NCBI GenBank assembly: GCA_038227875.1
Contig: JBBRPR010000050.1
Coordinates: 1-64,000 of the forward strand
Reading direction: 5' to 3'
Origin: Planctomycetota bacterium
Lineage (GTDB): Bacteria > Planctomycetota > SZUA-567 > H5-PLA8
DNA length: 64,000 nucleotides
The notes under the pieces: model-generated
Database searches by the model: none
What the model saw: the letters and a program-made list of their open reading frames with translations, nothing else
What the model was told of the DNA's origin: nothing
Made by a program: the position numbers and the translations under genes
Part shown: positions 38,929-48,673 of the stretch, piece by piece
Layout: every line of letters begins with the position of its first letter
How positions within the stretch are numbered: position 1 is the first letter of the stretch

Positions 38929-40416
38929 ATGAAACTGCGCAGACGCTTTCGCATCTCTCTCCTCACTCTACTGTTGCTCACGCTGCTGATTGGCGCGATC
39001 GGTGCGCTGCGGCTGAAGTGGAATCCATGGGTGCTGCAGCGAACGTTTGCCAGCAGCCAGTATAGATTCGAGTGCGCATCGCCGGACGGCCGACTAGTAC
39101 TACTGACGGAAATCCACGGGTCTGCCGGTATTGAAGAAATTGAGATGCTAGGACTGCGAATTATCAATCTTGAAACGGGAACCGAGCGCATATTGGCAGA
39201 TAACACCGCGAGATTCTCCCCCGATAGCAGAAGTCTCGTCTCCATCCTTGACGACGGCACCGTGCGCATCAGGGACACTAAAACCCTGGCTTGCCGAGCC
39301 ACGTTGAGTACCGCTCCGCAAAGAATAACGAACGTAGACTTTTCGCCGGATTGCAGCGTGCTGGTGACCACTTCGGTGTATGGCGGTCGCGCCAGCATGT
39401 GTCTATGGGATGCGCGCACCGGCACGCGACGCTCGGACCTCACGGGAACAAACCTCGGAGGGTTCTCGCCCGATGGATGTCTGCTGACAACGCTGGATGA
39501 CTTCGTGTCTGTCGTTTGGGATGTGGAGCGCGGAACGGCCCTCTATACCATCCGTCCACGGGAACCTGAATTGCCGACGTGCGTTCTGTTTTCAGACGAC
39601 AACAGATATCTGGCGGTTGGAGAATCAAACGCAATAAAAATTTATGGTTCAAGGTCTGGAGAAGTTGTGCGCTCCTGGAAATTCGAACGCCCGAGGCTCC
39701 GGGCGTTTTCTCCGGATTCACAATGGCTTGTTGTCTCCAACGATGAGATGTCGTGGATTTACCCGATGGAAACAGGTTCCGCCACTTGCCTCAAAACGCT
39801 GCGCACCGACGGGAATGTCTTTCTGAACGCCAATCGCTATGTTCAACGATTGAGGTACTCAATCAATGAATATGTCGACCCACGTGCCAACGGATATGTT
39901 TACGATCTGGATCGTAATTCCTATAACGAACTGTCGCGAGACCTGCCATTACAAGCGGGTGAATCCCTGATCGAGTTACGGAATCGAATCGAATTAACGG
40001 CATCGACGATGGGAAAAGACCTGTCGCTCTGGGATCTTGATTCCGGTTCCCGTAGCGTCACGTTCAAAAACTTTGCAGAGTATTGCAGAACAGAGTTTCT
40101 ATTTTCCAGGGATTCCAAAGGGTTGCTTGCAATCGGTCAAAAGCCCGATGAACTATGGCTCTGGGATATCTCCAGCGGGAATGGATGTCTGATAGCGATC
40201 TGGCAGGATAATTACAGGCCTGTGTCCAGCTTCTCAACTGATGACAAATACCTAACGCTGGCCAGTCCTCATCACGATACCTGCATCTATTACCAATGTC
40301 GGGGATATGGATGGATGGGGTTTGTAATGCTACCGGAATTCTGGATTGCAACGCTGCTGGCGGCTGGATTAATCTGGCGGCTCGTGCGCGCGTTTTATCC
40401 CCGACCTGCGGCGTGA
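38929..40416 (+). CDS. WD40-like beta-propeller membrane protein with N-terminal ISLLTLLL anchor and C-terminal LPEFW-TM tail
   Basis: Repeated FSPD..LV..WD..TG units; TM segments at both ends; start MKLRRRF at 38929. Confidence 0.8.
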   Translation: MKLRRRFRISLLTLLLLTLLIGAIGALRLKWNPWVLQRTFASSQYRFECASPDGRLVLLTEIHGSAGIEEIEMLGLRIINLETGTERILADNTARFSPDSRSLVSILDDGTVRIRDTKTLACRATLSTAPQRITNVDFSPDCSVLVTTSVYGGRASMCLWDARTGTRRSDLTGTNLGGFSPDGCLLTTLDDFVSVVWDVERGTALYTIRPREPELPTCVLFSDDNRYLAVGESNAIKIYGSRSGEVVRSWKFERPRLRAFSPDSQWLVVSNDEMSWIYPMETGSATCLKTLRTDGNVFLNANRYVQRLRYSINEYVDPRANGYVYDLDRNSYNELSRDLPLQAGESLIELRNRIELTASTMGKDLSLWDLDSGSRSVTFKNFAEYCRTEFLFSRDSKGLLAIGQKPDELWLWDISSGNGCLIAIWQDNYRPVSSFSTDDKYLTLASPHHDTCIYYQCRGYGWMGFVMLPEFWIATLLAAGLIWRLVRAFYPRPAA

Positions 40417-40417
40417 A

Positions 40418-40921
40418 TCAGGATCCGGCTTGCCGATTTTCCGCACTCGGCGTGGGCAGCGGCTTTTTTACGGAAGGGAGCGTGAACGACTGCGCCTCCC
40501 GCTGGCCGATGCGGATGTGCGCGTCGCCAACCAGGTACGACACGCCGGCGATCGCCCAGCAGATGCCGAAGCCCAGCCAGATCAATCCGTCCGGCACTTC
40601 CACCCCGGTGGGCGTGATCAGACCATCGCGGGTCTGCGCGATCAGGTACATCGCGCCGACGGCGTGCAGGATCGCCACCAATTTCATGTAAGTGCCGAGC
40701 ACCCAGCGCAGCGACCACGTTCCCACGCCGTCGAACATCTGCATCGCCACATAAAACAAGTACCCGTTGATCACCGCCAACAGCGCGCTGAATCCGTTCG
40801 GGAGGTTGACGATGGAAGAGCCGCCGCGCTGGTCCATCCACCCCAGCACCACCACCGCCGGAGCGATCGTCGCGGTGAGGCCGCTGACCCACTGGAACCA
40901 GGTCCATTCCAAAATCACCAT
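40418..40921 (-). CDS. Integral membrane protein (~4 TM), last gene of the pilin cluster
   Basis: Hydrophobic segments; start MVILEW at 40921 avoids overlap with the upstream gene. Confidence 0.6.
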   Translation of the reverse strand: MVILEWTWFQWVSGLTATIAPAVVVLGWMDQRGGSSIVNLPNGFSALLAVINGYLFYVAMQMFDGVGTWSLRWVLGTYMKLVAILHAVGAMYLIAQTRDGLITPTGVEVPDGLIWLGFGICWAIAGVSYLVGDAHIRIGQREAQSFTLPSVKKPLPTPSAENRQAGS

Positions 40922-40938
40922 CGGGCCGCGGGTGCCGG

Positions 40939-41391
40939 TCAGCGGATGGTTTCGTTCTGCGAGTGCCATTCCGACACGCTCCAATGAGTCTGCTGGGCCT
41001 GCTGGGCACCCGCCGCCGGGGCGGCATCCTTTGTCAGCGTCCAGCGCACCCGCACCGCCGGGTGCGGAAGTTTGCTGCCCGGCTTCGTCCATTTATCTTC
41101 CAGCGGAACCAGCGTATCCAATGCCACGCCATCGCCGTTACCGGTGTTGGCGCAGGCCACGGTCACGCCGGAAATGTTCACGGTCGTTCCCGGCGTCAGC
41201 GTGCCGCGGCTCAAGTCCGCGCGCGCCTGTTCCAGCGCCGACTCGGCACTGGCCAGCGCCGCATCGCGCTGCGTTTCCACGCGCTTGGCCTGCAAGCGCG
41301 TGGTCGCCGCGCGCGCCAGCAGCAGCACCGCGCCCATGATGACCGTCAGCAGCACCATTCCCACCAGCAGTATGTATCCGCGCGGACGCAT
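40939..41391 (-). CDS. Minor (pseudo)pilin, GspK/PilX-like
   Basis: Class III signal RG|YILLV (no E+5); AALASAESALEQA. Confidence 0.7.
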   Translation of the reverse strand: MRPRGYILLVGMVLLTVIMGAVLLLARAATTRLQAKRVETQRDAALASAESALEQARADLSRGTLTPGTTVNISGVTVACANTGNGDGVALDTLVPLEDKWTKPGSKLPHPAVRVRWTLTKDAAPAAGAQQAQQTHWSVSEWHSQNETIR

Positions 41392-42128
41392 CAGGGTTTC
41401 TCCAGTTCCGCAGCCTGCGGCTCAAGGCGCTCAAGACGGGTGGTTGCGCCGACGCTGAAGGTGGCCGGCGTCTTGCCGGGAAGCGCCAGCTGCAGTGTCG
41501 CCAGCACAAAGACGTGCGCCTGGCGCGCGTCGATTTCCGCACCCATCTTGAGCGGTTCGAGCTGCCAGATGCCGCCGCCGACACTCTGTGGCGCACGTTC
41601 CAGTTTGTTCAACTCGTACGCATTCCAGCGGCGGGAGCTCTTCTGAACGCCATGCAGCAGCACCGTCCGCGTCAACGCGGGCTGTTCTTCGATCGTTTGC
41701 GTCACCATCACGCGCTCGGGATTCTGAAGGACAGGCGCCATGCGCCGGCCGTTGGCTGGCTTCGGTGCCGCGGGGACCTCGGTTTCGAACGAGACGTCGT
41801 ACGTCTTGCGTACGAACGCGTACTCAACCACGACCTCGCCGGGCTGCGTCAGCCGCAGCACCGATCCCACGCCCTTGTTCTTTAGCGCTTTCGCGTCCAG
41901 CCATTCGATCTGGCGCGACATGCGCAGGTCGTCGCGGAGGAGATCGGCGACTTCGTCGCGCTCCACCGCCTGTTTCTCGCGGCTGGTGCTGTCGCTCAAG
42001 GAATGCGAGATCAGCGAAAGCGAGCCGATCATCGTGCCGAACAGAAGCATCACGATGGCCACGTACACGAGCATTTCAAGCAGGAAAACGCCGCGTGGAC
42101 GCAGCATGCGTGGACGATTGGAGCTCAT
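41391..42128 (-). CDS. Minor (pseudo)pilin, GspJ/PilW-like
   Basis: RG|VFLLEMLV prepilin motif; LRDDLR. Confidence 0.75.
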   Translation of the reverse strand: MSSNRPRMLRPRGVFLLEMLVYVAIVMLLFGTMIGSLSLISHSLSDSTSREKQAVERDEVADLLRDDLRMSRQIEWLDAKALKNKGVGSVLRLTQPGEVVVEYAFVRKTYDVSFETEVPAAPKPANGRRMAPVLQNPERVMVTQTIEEQPALTRTVLLHGVQKSSRRWNAYELNKLERAPQSVGGGIWQLEPLKMGAEIDARQAHVFVLATLQLALPGKTPATFSVGATTRLERLEPQAAELEKP

Positions 42129-42541
42129 TTCTTCACCGCCTCTCTCGCGTCGTCCAGATGAAGCACCATCTCTCCGCCTTCAGCTTTGGGCAGGCTGGGC
42201 GCGGCGAGCTCGACCTGCGCGCGCACCAGTCCAGGCGCGGGGCCGTCCGAAACTTTCAACACGCAGGTGGCACCGGGCAGAGCGGATTTCAAGTGCGGCG
42301 GCACGCCCAGGTCCAGGGATTCGCCGGGCTTTGGAAAGGACGCCGAGTCGAGGGCGCGAAGACGCTCGAGGTTCAGCGCCACCGCTTCGCGCGCCGCATT
42401 CTGATGTTCGCGTGCGCGGCGGTTCACCGTGGCCTGATTGAACGCCACCATGCCGACGGTTAGCGCCGTCATCAGCACCAGGATGGCGACGAAGACTTCG
42501 ATGAACGCGAATCCGCGTGTTGACCGCTTCTCTGTACTCAT
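42125..42541 (-). CDS. Minor (pseudo)pilin, GspI/PilV-like
   Basis: MSTEKRSTRG|FAFIEVFVA; LERLRA; ATGA overlaps with both neighbours. Confidence 0.78.
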   Translation of the reverse strand: MSTEKRSTRGFAFIEVFVAILVLMTALTVGMVAFNQATVNRRAREHQNAAREAVALNLERLRALDSASFPKPGESLDLGVPPHLKSALPGATCVLKVSDGPAPGLVRAQVELAAPSLPKAEGGEMVLHLDDAREAVKK

Positions 42542-43590
42542 CCCAGCATCTCCCGCGCGACCGCGTACAGTCCGCTGAACACCGCGTAAGCCAGCAGGCC
42601 CACGCCCGCCGCCGTGATCATCGTCGCCACCGGCATGCAGAAATTGTGGATGCGCTCCAGCCGCCGCCGCGCCTTGTCTTCCAGCACCATCGCGACTTCT
42701 TCCAGGCACGGCCCCGGCGGCACGCCGTGCGCCACCGACTCCATGCCCCACAGGAATTCCGGCCGCCACGCCGCGGCGCCGAAGGCCTCCGCCGCCGTTT
42801 CGCCGCGCTGCAGCGCTTCATGGATCTGGAACATTTCACTGCGGAAGGGTCCGGCCACCTCGGCCGCGGTGATGGCGCCGAGCGCTTCTTCCAGCGTCGC
42901 GCCGCTGCCGAGTACCAGGCTCAGGTTCCGCGCGAACTCCGCCTGCTCAGCGAGCCGGAAATGGGTCCTGAACCACGGCACGTAGCGCCAGAAACACCGC
43001 CCGCAGATCGCGGTCTGCAGCGTCACCGCAAGCGTGCCCCAGATCACCATGGCGTAGAGCAGTACCATGCTCAGGCTGGTGGCTTCACTAAAGAGGGGCA
43101 CGGTCATGCCCATTTCTTTGAACATCTGCTCGAACTTGGGGAAGATGAACAGGTATAGAAAGTTTGAGCTGATAATAAGCGCCGCGCCGATCACCAGCGG
43201 ATACACCAGTGACATTTCCGAGACAGACACGCGCCGTTCCAGGCGGGTCGCCTGGTCGGCCATGCGTTCCATCAGCCGGTCGGCCACGCCGTGCTTGACC
43301 GCGACATTCAGCACCGCCGCCTGCTGCGGCGTGACGACATTCGACATCGCCAGCGCCAGCGGCAGGTCCGCGCCGCGCGTCATGTTGACGACGACGCGCC
43401 GGATCAGGCGCTCTTCGCTGGCCGCCGAACGGATGCGGCTGAGCGCCGCGAGTGTCGACTCCAGCGGCATCTGCCGGTTCAGGATCACCGAGAGCATGCG
43501 CAGCACCTGGCCGCGCCGCATGCGCACCATCGCCCAGCCCGTGAACAGGAGCAGGCTGCAGAGCGCAAAGAAGAGTCCGGTTAAAATCAC
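42538..43590 (-). CDS. T2SS protein F / PilC-family platform protein (paralog 2)
   Basis: MPLESTL, LVYP, IFPKFEQMFKEMG..P, FARNLSLVLGSGATLEEAL. Confidence 0.8.
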   Translation of the reverse strand: MILTGLFFALCSLLLFTGWAMVRMRRGQVLRMLSVILNRQMPLESTLAALSRIRSAASEERLIRRVVVNMTRGADLPLALAMSNVVTPQQAAVLNVAVKHGVADRLMERMADQATRLERRVSVSEMSLVYPLVIGAALIISSNFLYLFIFPKFEQMFKEMGMTVPLFSEATSLSMVLLYAMVIWGTLAVTLQTAICGRCFWRYVPWFRTHFRLAEQAEFARNLSLVLGSGATLEEALGAITAAEVAGPFRSEMFQIHEALQRGETAAEAFGAAAWRPEFLWGMESVAHGVPPGPCLEEVAMVLEDKARRRLERIHNFCMPVATMITAAGVGLLAYAVFSGLYAVAREMLG

Positions 43591-43609
43591 GTGTTGCGTC
43601 CCCGTCCGG

Positions 43610-44779
43610 TTAACGTCCCATCAGTTCCATGATGCGCAGCAAGGGATTGAGGAAGCCGAAGAGCATTACGGAAATGACCAGGCCCACGCCGACCAGGAAG
43701 ACCGGCGGCGCCAGCACCGTGACAATGCGGCCGCGGCCTTCGGCTTCGATCTGGTAAAGCTCCGACAACTGCGCGAAGGCCTTCGGCAGATCGCCACGGA
43801 CTTCCGCCGACTCCAGCACATACCGCAGCGACGCGGGGAACAAGCGCGCGTTGGCCCAGGCTTCCGCATGCGTGGCACCGGCGCGGAGTTTCTCCGCGGC
43901 CTGAGCCGAGGCTTCCGCGTAGGGCGCAAAGCCGGTCAATGGTCCGGCGGCGGCCACGGCCTCGTGATATGGCCGACCGGCTTTCAACAGAATCGCCACG
44001 CACCCGCAGAAGCGCGAGAGCGCCAGCGGCCGGCAGACAGAACTGACCACTGGCAGCCGCACCATGATGTTCTCGCGCCAGCGTCGCACGGTTCCGCTGA
44101 GGTGCCCCAGCGCGCTGGTCACTGGAACGATCAGGCACGAGGCCAGCACCAGGCCGATGAACACTTCCGCGGCAGCGGGCGAAAAATACGGAAAGAGAAA
44201 CTGCTTCGGGCCAGCCTCTGAACCAAAGCCCCAGTCCGATCCGAACTGGCCACCCGGCTCATAAATATTGAAGACCCGTGCGACACTGAAAAAAGCCAGG
44301 CCCAACACGCACGCCAGCACCAGCACGGAAAATGGATACATCAGCGCGTCGGTGATCTTGCGCTGGATGCGATCCTGGTTGAGCGTCCACGCGGAGAGTT
44401 CGGCCAGCAGCGTCGGCAGTTCGCCCGTCGCGGCGCTGGCTCCGGTGACGCGGCCGAGCACGCCGCCGAGCTCCGACTCTTCGGCGCGGAAGGCTTCTTC
44501 CGGCGTAATGCCGCGGTCGATGGCGGCCGCCGCGCGTTCCAGCGCCGCGCGGAATTTTCCGCTGCTGGCTTCATTGGAAAGCGTGCGCAGCGCGTTGGGA
44601 AGGGGCATGCCGGACTTCAGCAGTCCGGACAATTGGCCGTAAAAGACGCCGACGATTTCCCCGGGCAGCACCACCGACCGGGCCGGATTGGAAACCGGAG
44701 TCGTGGCTGCCGCAGCCTGAGGCTTGGGCGTCAGCGGAGCAGAGTCAGCGGCGAAGGCGTCATTCATGCTTTTATTCAA
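43610..44779 (-). CDS. T2SS protein F / PilC-family platform protein (paralog 1)
   Basis: QLSGLLKSGMPLPNAL, ALMYP, ILLKAGRP, AEVRGDL. Confidence 0.85.
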   Translation of the reverse strand: MNKSMNDAFAADSAPLTPKPQAAAATTPVSNPARSVVLPGEIVGVFYGQLSGLLKSGMPLPNALRTLSNEASSGKFRAALERAAAAIDRGITPEEAFRAEESELGGVLGRVTGASAATGELPTLLAELSAWTLNQDRIQRKITDALMYPFSVLVLACVLGLAFFSVARVFNIYEPGGQFGSDWGFGSEAGPKQFLFPYFSPAAAEVFIGLVLASCLIVPVTSALGHLSGTVRRWRENIMVRLPVVSSVCRPLALSRFCGCVAILLKAGRPYHEAVAAAGPLTGFAPYAEASAQAAEKLRAGATHAEAWANARLFPASLRYVLESAEVRGDLPKAFAQLSELYQIEAEGRGRIVTVLAPPVFLVGVGLVISVMLFGFLNPLLRIMELMGR

Positions 44780-44916
44780 CCGATTTTGGTGACAAGGTCA
44801 CCGAGGATTTACGAAAATCAAAAAAATCGTGCGGTCATTTTATCTATTTGGGTTTTATGCACTTACGTGGGGCGTCCCGAAGTACAGACACGCCAGGGAG
44901 GGAATTTTTCCTGCAA

Positions 44917-46107
44917 TTATTCAGTACGAATAAGTACGCGCCGCAGTTCGGTCGTGGTGGTCAATCCCGCGGCAACTTTTTCCAAACCGCGAACCCACAG
45001 TCCTTGCCATGCCTGTTTCGCGGCGGCGGTCATCAGGCCTTTTGCATCCGTGCGCGCCAGCACCGCCGCGCGCAATAGTTCATCCATAAAGAGGAGTTCG
45101 GCGATCAACAGCCGTCCGCTGAAGCCGGTCTGCACACAGGCGTCGCACCCGGCCGCGGCCATCGGTTCAGCCGCGTCCCCGGTCGCTTTTTTGCATGCGC
45201 AGAGTTTCCGGACCAGCCGCTGTTCCAAGACGGCGCTGACGACGCTGGCGACGAGGTACGGTTCGACGCCGAGATGCAGCAAACGCAGCAGCACTTCCGG
45301 ACCTGAGGGCGCGTGAACGGTGCTCAAGATCAGATGGCCAGTCAGCGCCGCCTGCACGGCCACCTGCGCCGTCTCGCCGTCGCGGATTTCGCCGATCATC
45401 ATCACTTCCGGATCCTGGCGCAGCAGCGACTTCAGCGCCGCGGGGTAATCCAATCCGGCCACCGGTTTCAATTCCGTGTGCGTGACGCCGTCGAGAATTC
45501 GTTCGACCGGATCTTCGATCGTCACGATCTGCCGCTGACTACGCGAGCGTTCCACAATCCAGCGCAGCGCCGCGTAGAGCGTCGTGGTCTTGCCGCTGCC
45601 GGCCGGTCCGGTCAGCAGGAGCATGCCTTGCGGCCGCGACAGAATCGTTTCGAGACGCTCAATGCTGGCCGCATTCAAGCCCAGCGAGGTCAGTTCCCAT
45701 TCGAGGCCCACCTTTTTCGTGGCGGCGTTGCTGGCCTGCTTGTGGAAGAAGCGGACGACGATTTTCTCGCCCAGTACCGCCGGATAAACCGAGACGCGCA
45801 TGTCGGAGATCGAACTGCCTTCCGCGCCGGCGATGCGGCCGTCCTGGGGAATATCGGTGCGGTACGTGAGCAACCCCGCGAGCACTTTCACGCGTTGAAT
45901 CAGATTGTTCCGCAGCGGACCGCGCACCGAAGCCGCGTCGGCCAGGCAGCCGTCGACGCGCCAGCGCAGCAGGAGTTCGTCGCTGCGCGGTTCGAGATGC
46001 AGATCGCTGGCGCCAGCCCGGGCGCTCTGCTGCAAGACCCAGTCGGCCAGCGCCGGAATGCCTTCCGCGCCGGACGCGAGACGCTTGTCGAGTTCTTGTT
46101 GCAGCAT
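44917..46107 (-). CDS. GspE/PilB-family assembly ATPase (short form)
   Basis: ASDLHLEP, PQDGRI, TGPAGSGKTTTLY, TIEDPVE, LRQDPEVMMIGEIRD, ALTGHL. Confidence 0.92.
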   Translation of the reverse strand: MLQQELDKRLASGAEGIPALADWVLQQSARAGASDLHLEPRSDELLLRWRVDGCLADAASVRGPLRNNLIQRVKVLAGLLTYRTDIPQDGRIAGAEGSSISDMRVSVYPAVLGEKIVVRFFHKQASNAATKKVGLEWELTSLGLNAASIERLETILSRPQGMLLLTGPAGSGKTTTLYAALRWIVERSRSQRQIVTIEDPVERILDGVTHTELKPVAGLDYPAALKSLLRQDPEVMMIGEIRDGETAQVAVQAALTGHLILSTVHAPSGPEVLLRLLHLGVEPYLVASVVSAVLEQRLVRKLCACKKATGDAAEPMAAAGCDACVQTGFSGRLLIAELLFMDELLRAAVLARTDAKGLMTAAAKQAWQGLWVRGLEKVAAGLTTTTELRRVLIRTE

Positions 46108-46123
46108 GAGAGCACTCAGAGGT

Positions 46124-46201
46124 AGTTTTGAGTTTTAAGTTTTGAGTTACGTCTGCCGAGGCCAGACCCAACTCAAAACTCAAAACTCACAACTCAAAAC
46201 T
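46124..46201. repeat. Inverted heptamer (TTTTGAG/CTCAAAA) element with small central hairpin
   Basis: AGTTTTGAGTTTTAAGTTTTGAGTT - GTCTG..CAGAC - AACTCAAAACTCAAAACTCACAACTCAAAACT. Confidence 0.85.
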
Positions 46202-46225
46202 GTCAGGAAGCATCGAATTTCCACA

Positions 46226-46954
46226 TCACTCTTTCTTCACCGGCGCCGCCTTCGCCTCTTCTTCTTTCCGCTTCTTGTACGCGGCCAGTTCCTTCTCGGG
46301 ATTTTCGTTGAACGACGTCTTGCAGCCGCCGCAGCAGACGTAATACGTCTGCCCCTTATATTGGACCGCGATGGTGCCGAGACCGCCGGTGATCACGCAT
46401 TCGTGTTCGTTGGTCTCTTTCCCGAAGCCGCTGCCCTGCCGTGTGAAACCGACTTCGGCGATGGGTGAGTAGCGTTCGCCGACCTTCTTCTGGTAGTACA
46501 TGACCATGCGCTTGCCCTTGGCGATCAGTTCGATCGAGAGGCGCGCGGGGCGGCCGTCTGCGGCGTTGGCCGAATCGAGGACCAGTTCGGTCTTGGCGAT
46601 TTCGCCGGTGAAATCCTGGTGTGTTTTGCCGTCCGGCAGCGTGCCATCGAAATGGAACGCGCCGGGCTTCTCTCCGGCTTCCAGTTTTCCAGCGGAGAAA
46701 TACTTCCCCTTCGGCGCTGAGAAAACCAGCGCCGCGTGGCCGCCCTTGAATTCCCACGACCAGTCGGATTCCTCGACCCAGCCGTCGGCGGGATTGGCGC
46801 TGCCTTTCGAGCCGCCCTTCCACTGGCCGACGTACGACTTCATCGGCTCGAGCGCCTTCTTGTCGGCTTCCGTCTTATCGGCGTCTTCAGCGCGCACGAA
46901 CGCGGCGCAGAGCGCAAGCATCGGGAGCACGCACAGCAACGGGTAGTTCTTCAT
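46226..46954 (-). CDS. Secreted YHS-domain protein
   Basis: Signal peptide; C-terminal CVITGG..YKGQTYYVCCGGCK..F..NPEK. Confidence 0.8.
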   Translation of the reverse strand: MKNYPLLCVLPMLALCAAFVRAEDADKTEADKKALEPMKSYVGQWKGGSKGSANPADGWVEESDWSWEFKGGHAALVFSAPKGKYFSAGKLEAGEKPGAFHFDGTLPDGKTHQDFTGEIAKTELVLDSANAADGRPARLSIELIAKGKRMVMYYQKKVGERYSPIAEVGFTRQGSGFGKETNEHECVITGGLGTIAVQYKGQTYYVCCGGCKTSFNENPEKELAAYKKRKEEEAKAAPVKKE

Positions 46955-46994
46955 GGAAATTCTCCGGCGGGCGAAACAGGACTCCCAGCCTAAC

Positions 46995-48452
46995 TCATTT
47001 TTCCCCGGGCGGAAGAGGCCAGTGCAAACCGCGCTGGCCGCTCAGGTAGCGGTTGGGGTAGTCCTGGTACGGCATGTCCGGCCGCCCAACCAGTGAACCG
47101 TTCTGAATCCACTCGAGGTCACCGCCGTTCAATTCGTGAAGCAGAATTTTCGTGAGCTCCGCACGTATTGCGGCATGCGCAGCCGACGCGCCGAGGTCGT
47201 GAAGTTCGCGCGGGTCCTCCTGCAGATCGAACAACTGCGTGCGGCTGCCGACGGGATAGTAGATCAGCTTGAAACGTCCGTTATGAACCATGCGGGCGGC
47301 ATGATCATATTCGTCCCATTCGCCGTAGAGATGCTCGCGCGGCGTGGCGCTGAGCATGGAGCGGCCTTCCACCGAGGTGGGAATGGGCAGGCCGGCCAGT
47401 TCCAGCAGCGTGGGCATGACGTCCTGCAGACCGACCAGCCGCTGGTCCACGCGGTGATGTTCGACGCGTTCATCGCCGTCGACACCCAGCAGGATCAGCG
47501 GAATGTGCGCGGAGTTCTCGTAGAACTTGGTCTTGTGCGAGAGGCCGTGGTTGAACAGCATGTCGCCGTGATCGGCCGTGAACAGGATGATCGTGTTGTC
47601 GAGCAGCTTCTCTTCGCGCAGTGTGCCGATGACGATTCGCAATTGGTGATCGATGTGGGTGCAGAGCGCATAGAACGCGCGGCGCGCGGCGCGGACGTAA
47701 TCGTCGGAGCGCCCGGTGTTTGTCACCCATTCGTTGCGCAGCGCGTAGGGCAGCGCATCGCGATCGCGCGCCCACTCGCCACAAAACGGCGCGTCGATGG
47801 CGATGTCGCGGTACTGATCGAGATAACACTGCAGCGGCACGAGCGGCGGATGGGGATGGCGGTAACCCAGATACCAGAACCCGGGCCGGCCGGGATCGCG
47901 GCGTTTGATCTGCCGCACCATCGTGTTCGTTGCCCAGTTGGTCGGGTGCAGGTCTTCGGCCAGATGCCACGGCCGCGTGGCGTAATCGTTGTTGCCCATG
48001 CCGTGCGCAAACTGCCGTCCGGCAAAGCCGCGGTCGCCGAGGAACAGATCGTAATCGTCGACGCAGCCGAACTGCACGCGGCCTTCTTCGTCGAGCTGGA
48101 CGTCGTCGAAGCCGATGCGCGAACGCTGCGGGTAGACATGCAGTTTTCCCACCGCGTGCGCCTGGTAACCGTGATCGCGAAACGTCTGCGCCAGCGTTGG
48201 CACGGCCGGCATCGGCAACCGTTCTTTGTAGCAGCGGTCGCCATGCGTGCGCGCGGATGTGCCGGTCATCAGTGTGCGGCGCGCCGGGATGCAGACCGGG
48301 CATTCCGAATACGCGCGCGAAAAGCGTGTGCCGCTGCTGGCGAGCTGATCAAGCGTCGGCGTCTGAATCGCCGGATGGCCCGCCACGCCCAGCAGCGCGC
48401 CGGGCCAATGGTCGGTGGTGATCAGCAGGACGTTGGGAGGAGTCTTGGGCAT
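46995..48452 (-). CDS. Cys-type sulfatase
   Basis: PNVLLITTD, CIPARRTLMTG (CxPxR), GKLH, TADHGD, QLFDLQEDPRE. Confidence 0.93.
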   Translation of the reverse strand: MPKTPPNVLLITTDHWPGALLGVAGHPAIQTPTLDQLASSGTRFSRAYSECPVCIPARRTLMTGTSARTHGDRCYKERLPMPAVPTLAQTFRDHGYQAHAVGKLHVYPQRSRIGFDDVQLDEEGRVQFGCVDDYDLFLGDRGFAGRQFAHGMGNNDYATRPWHLAEDLHPTNWATNTMVRQIKRRDPGRPGFWYLGYRHPHPPLVPLQCYLDQYRDIAIDAPFCGEWARDRDALPYALRNEWVTNTGRSDDYVRAARRAFYALCTHIDHQLRIVIGTLREEKLLDNTIILFTADHGDMLFNHGLSHKTKFYENSAHIPLILLGVDGDERVEHHRVDQRLVGLQDVMPTLLELAGLPIPTSVEGRSMLSATPREHLYGEWDEYDHAARMVHNGRFKLIYYPVGSRTQLFDLQEDPRELHDLGASAAHAAIRAELTKILLHELNGGDLEWIQNGSLVGRPDMPYQDYPNRYLSGQRGLHWPLPPGEK

Positions 48453-48625
48453 AAGTTCCGCCGAAACACGAAGCGATTTTGAAAATCAAACGTGGATATC
48501 CTGTGACGAATTCGTCGCAGGGTTGTGCTTTTTGTAGTCCGGGCGTCTCGCCCGGTCAAATCTCGGAAAATGCCAGCGGGTCAATTCGTTCGATTGACTT
48601 GCTGAATTGCGAAGCAAAGCCACTA

Positions 48626-48653
48626 GACCTTTGTGCCTTTGGGCACAAAGGTC
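48626..48653. repeat. REP-like palindrome GACCTTTGTGCC-N4-GGCACAAAGGTC (copy 1)
   Basis: 12-bp perfect stem identical to the core of 61668-61703. Confidence 0.8.
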
Positions 48654-48673
48654 AAAATGACCCAGTCGCACAT

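Noticed and set aside
27044..40416. Diversity-generating retroelement as the cause of WD40 variability
   Set aside because: No reverse transcriptase, Avd gene or adenine-mismatched template/variable repeat pair visible in this window.
42542..42769. N-terminal extensions in the ORF track (also 6435-6626, 7710-7832, 40922-41092, 49166-49381, 54316-54516, 61541-61810)
   Set aside because: They overlap neighbouring genes or repeat elements; family motifs and ATGA coupling point to downstream starts.
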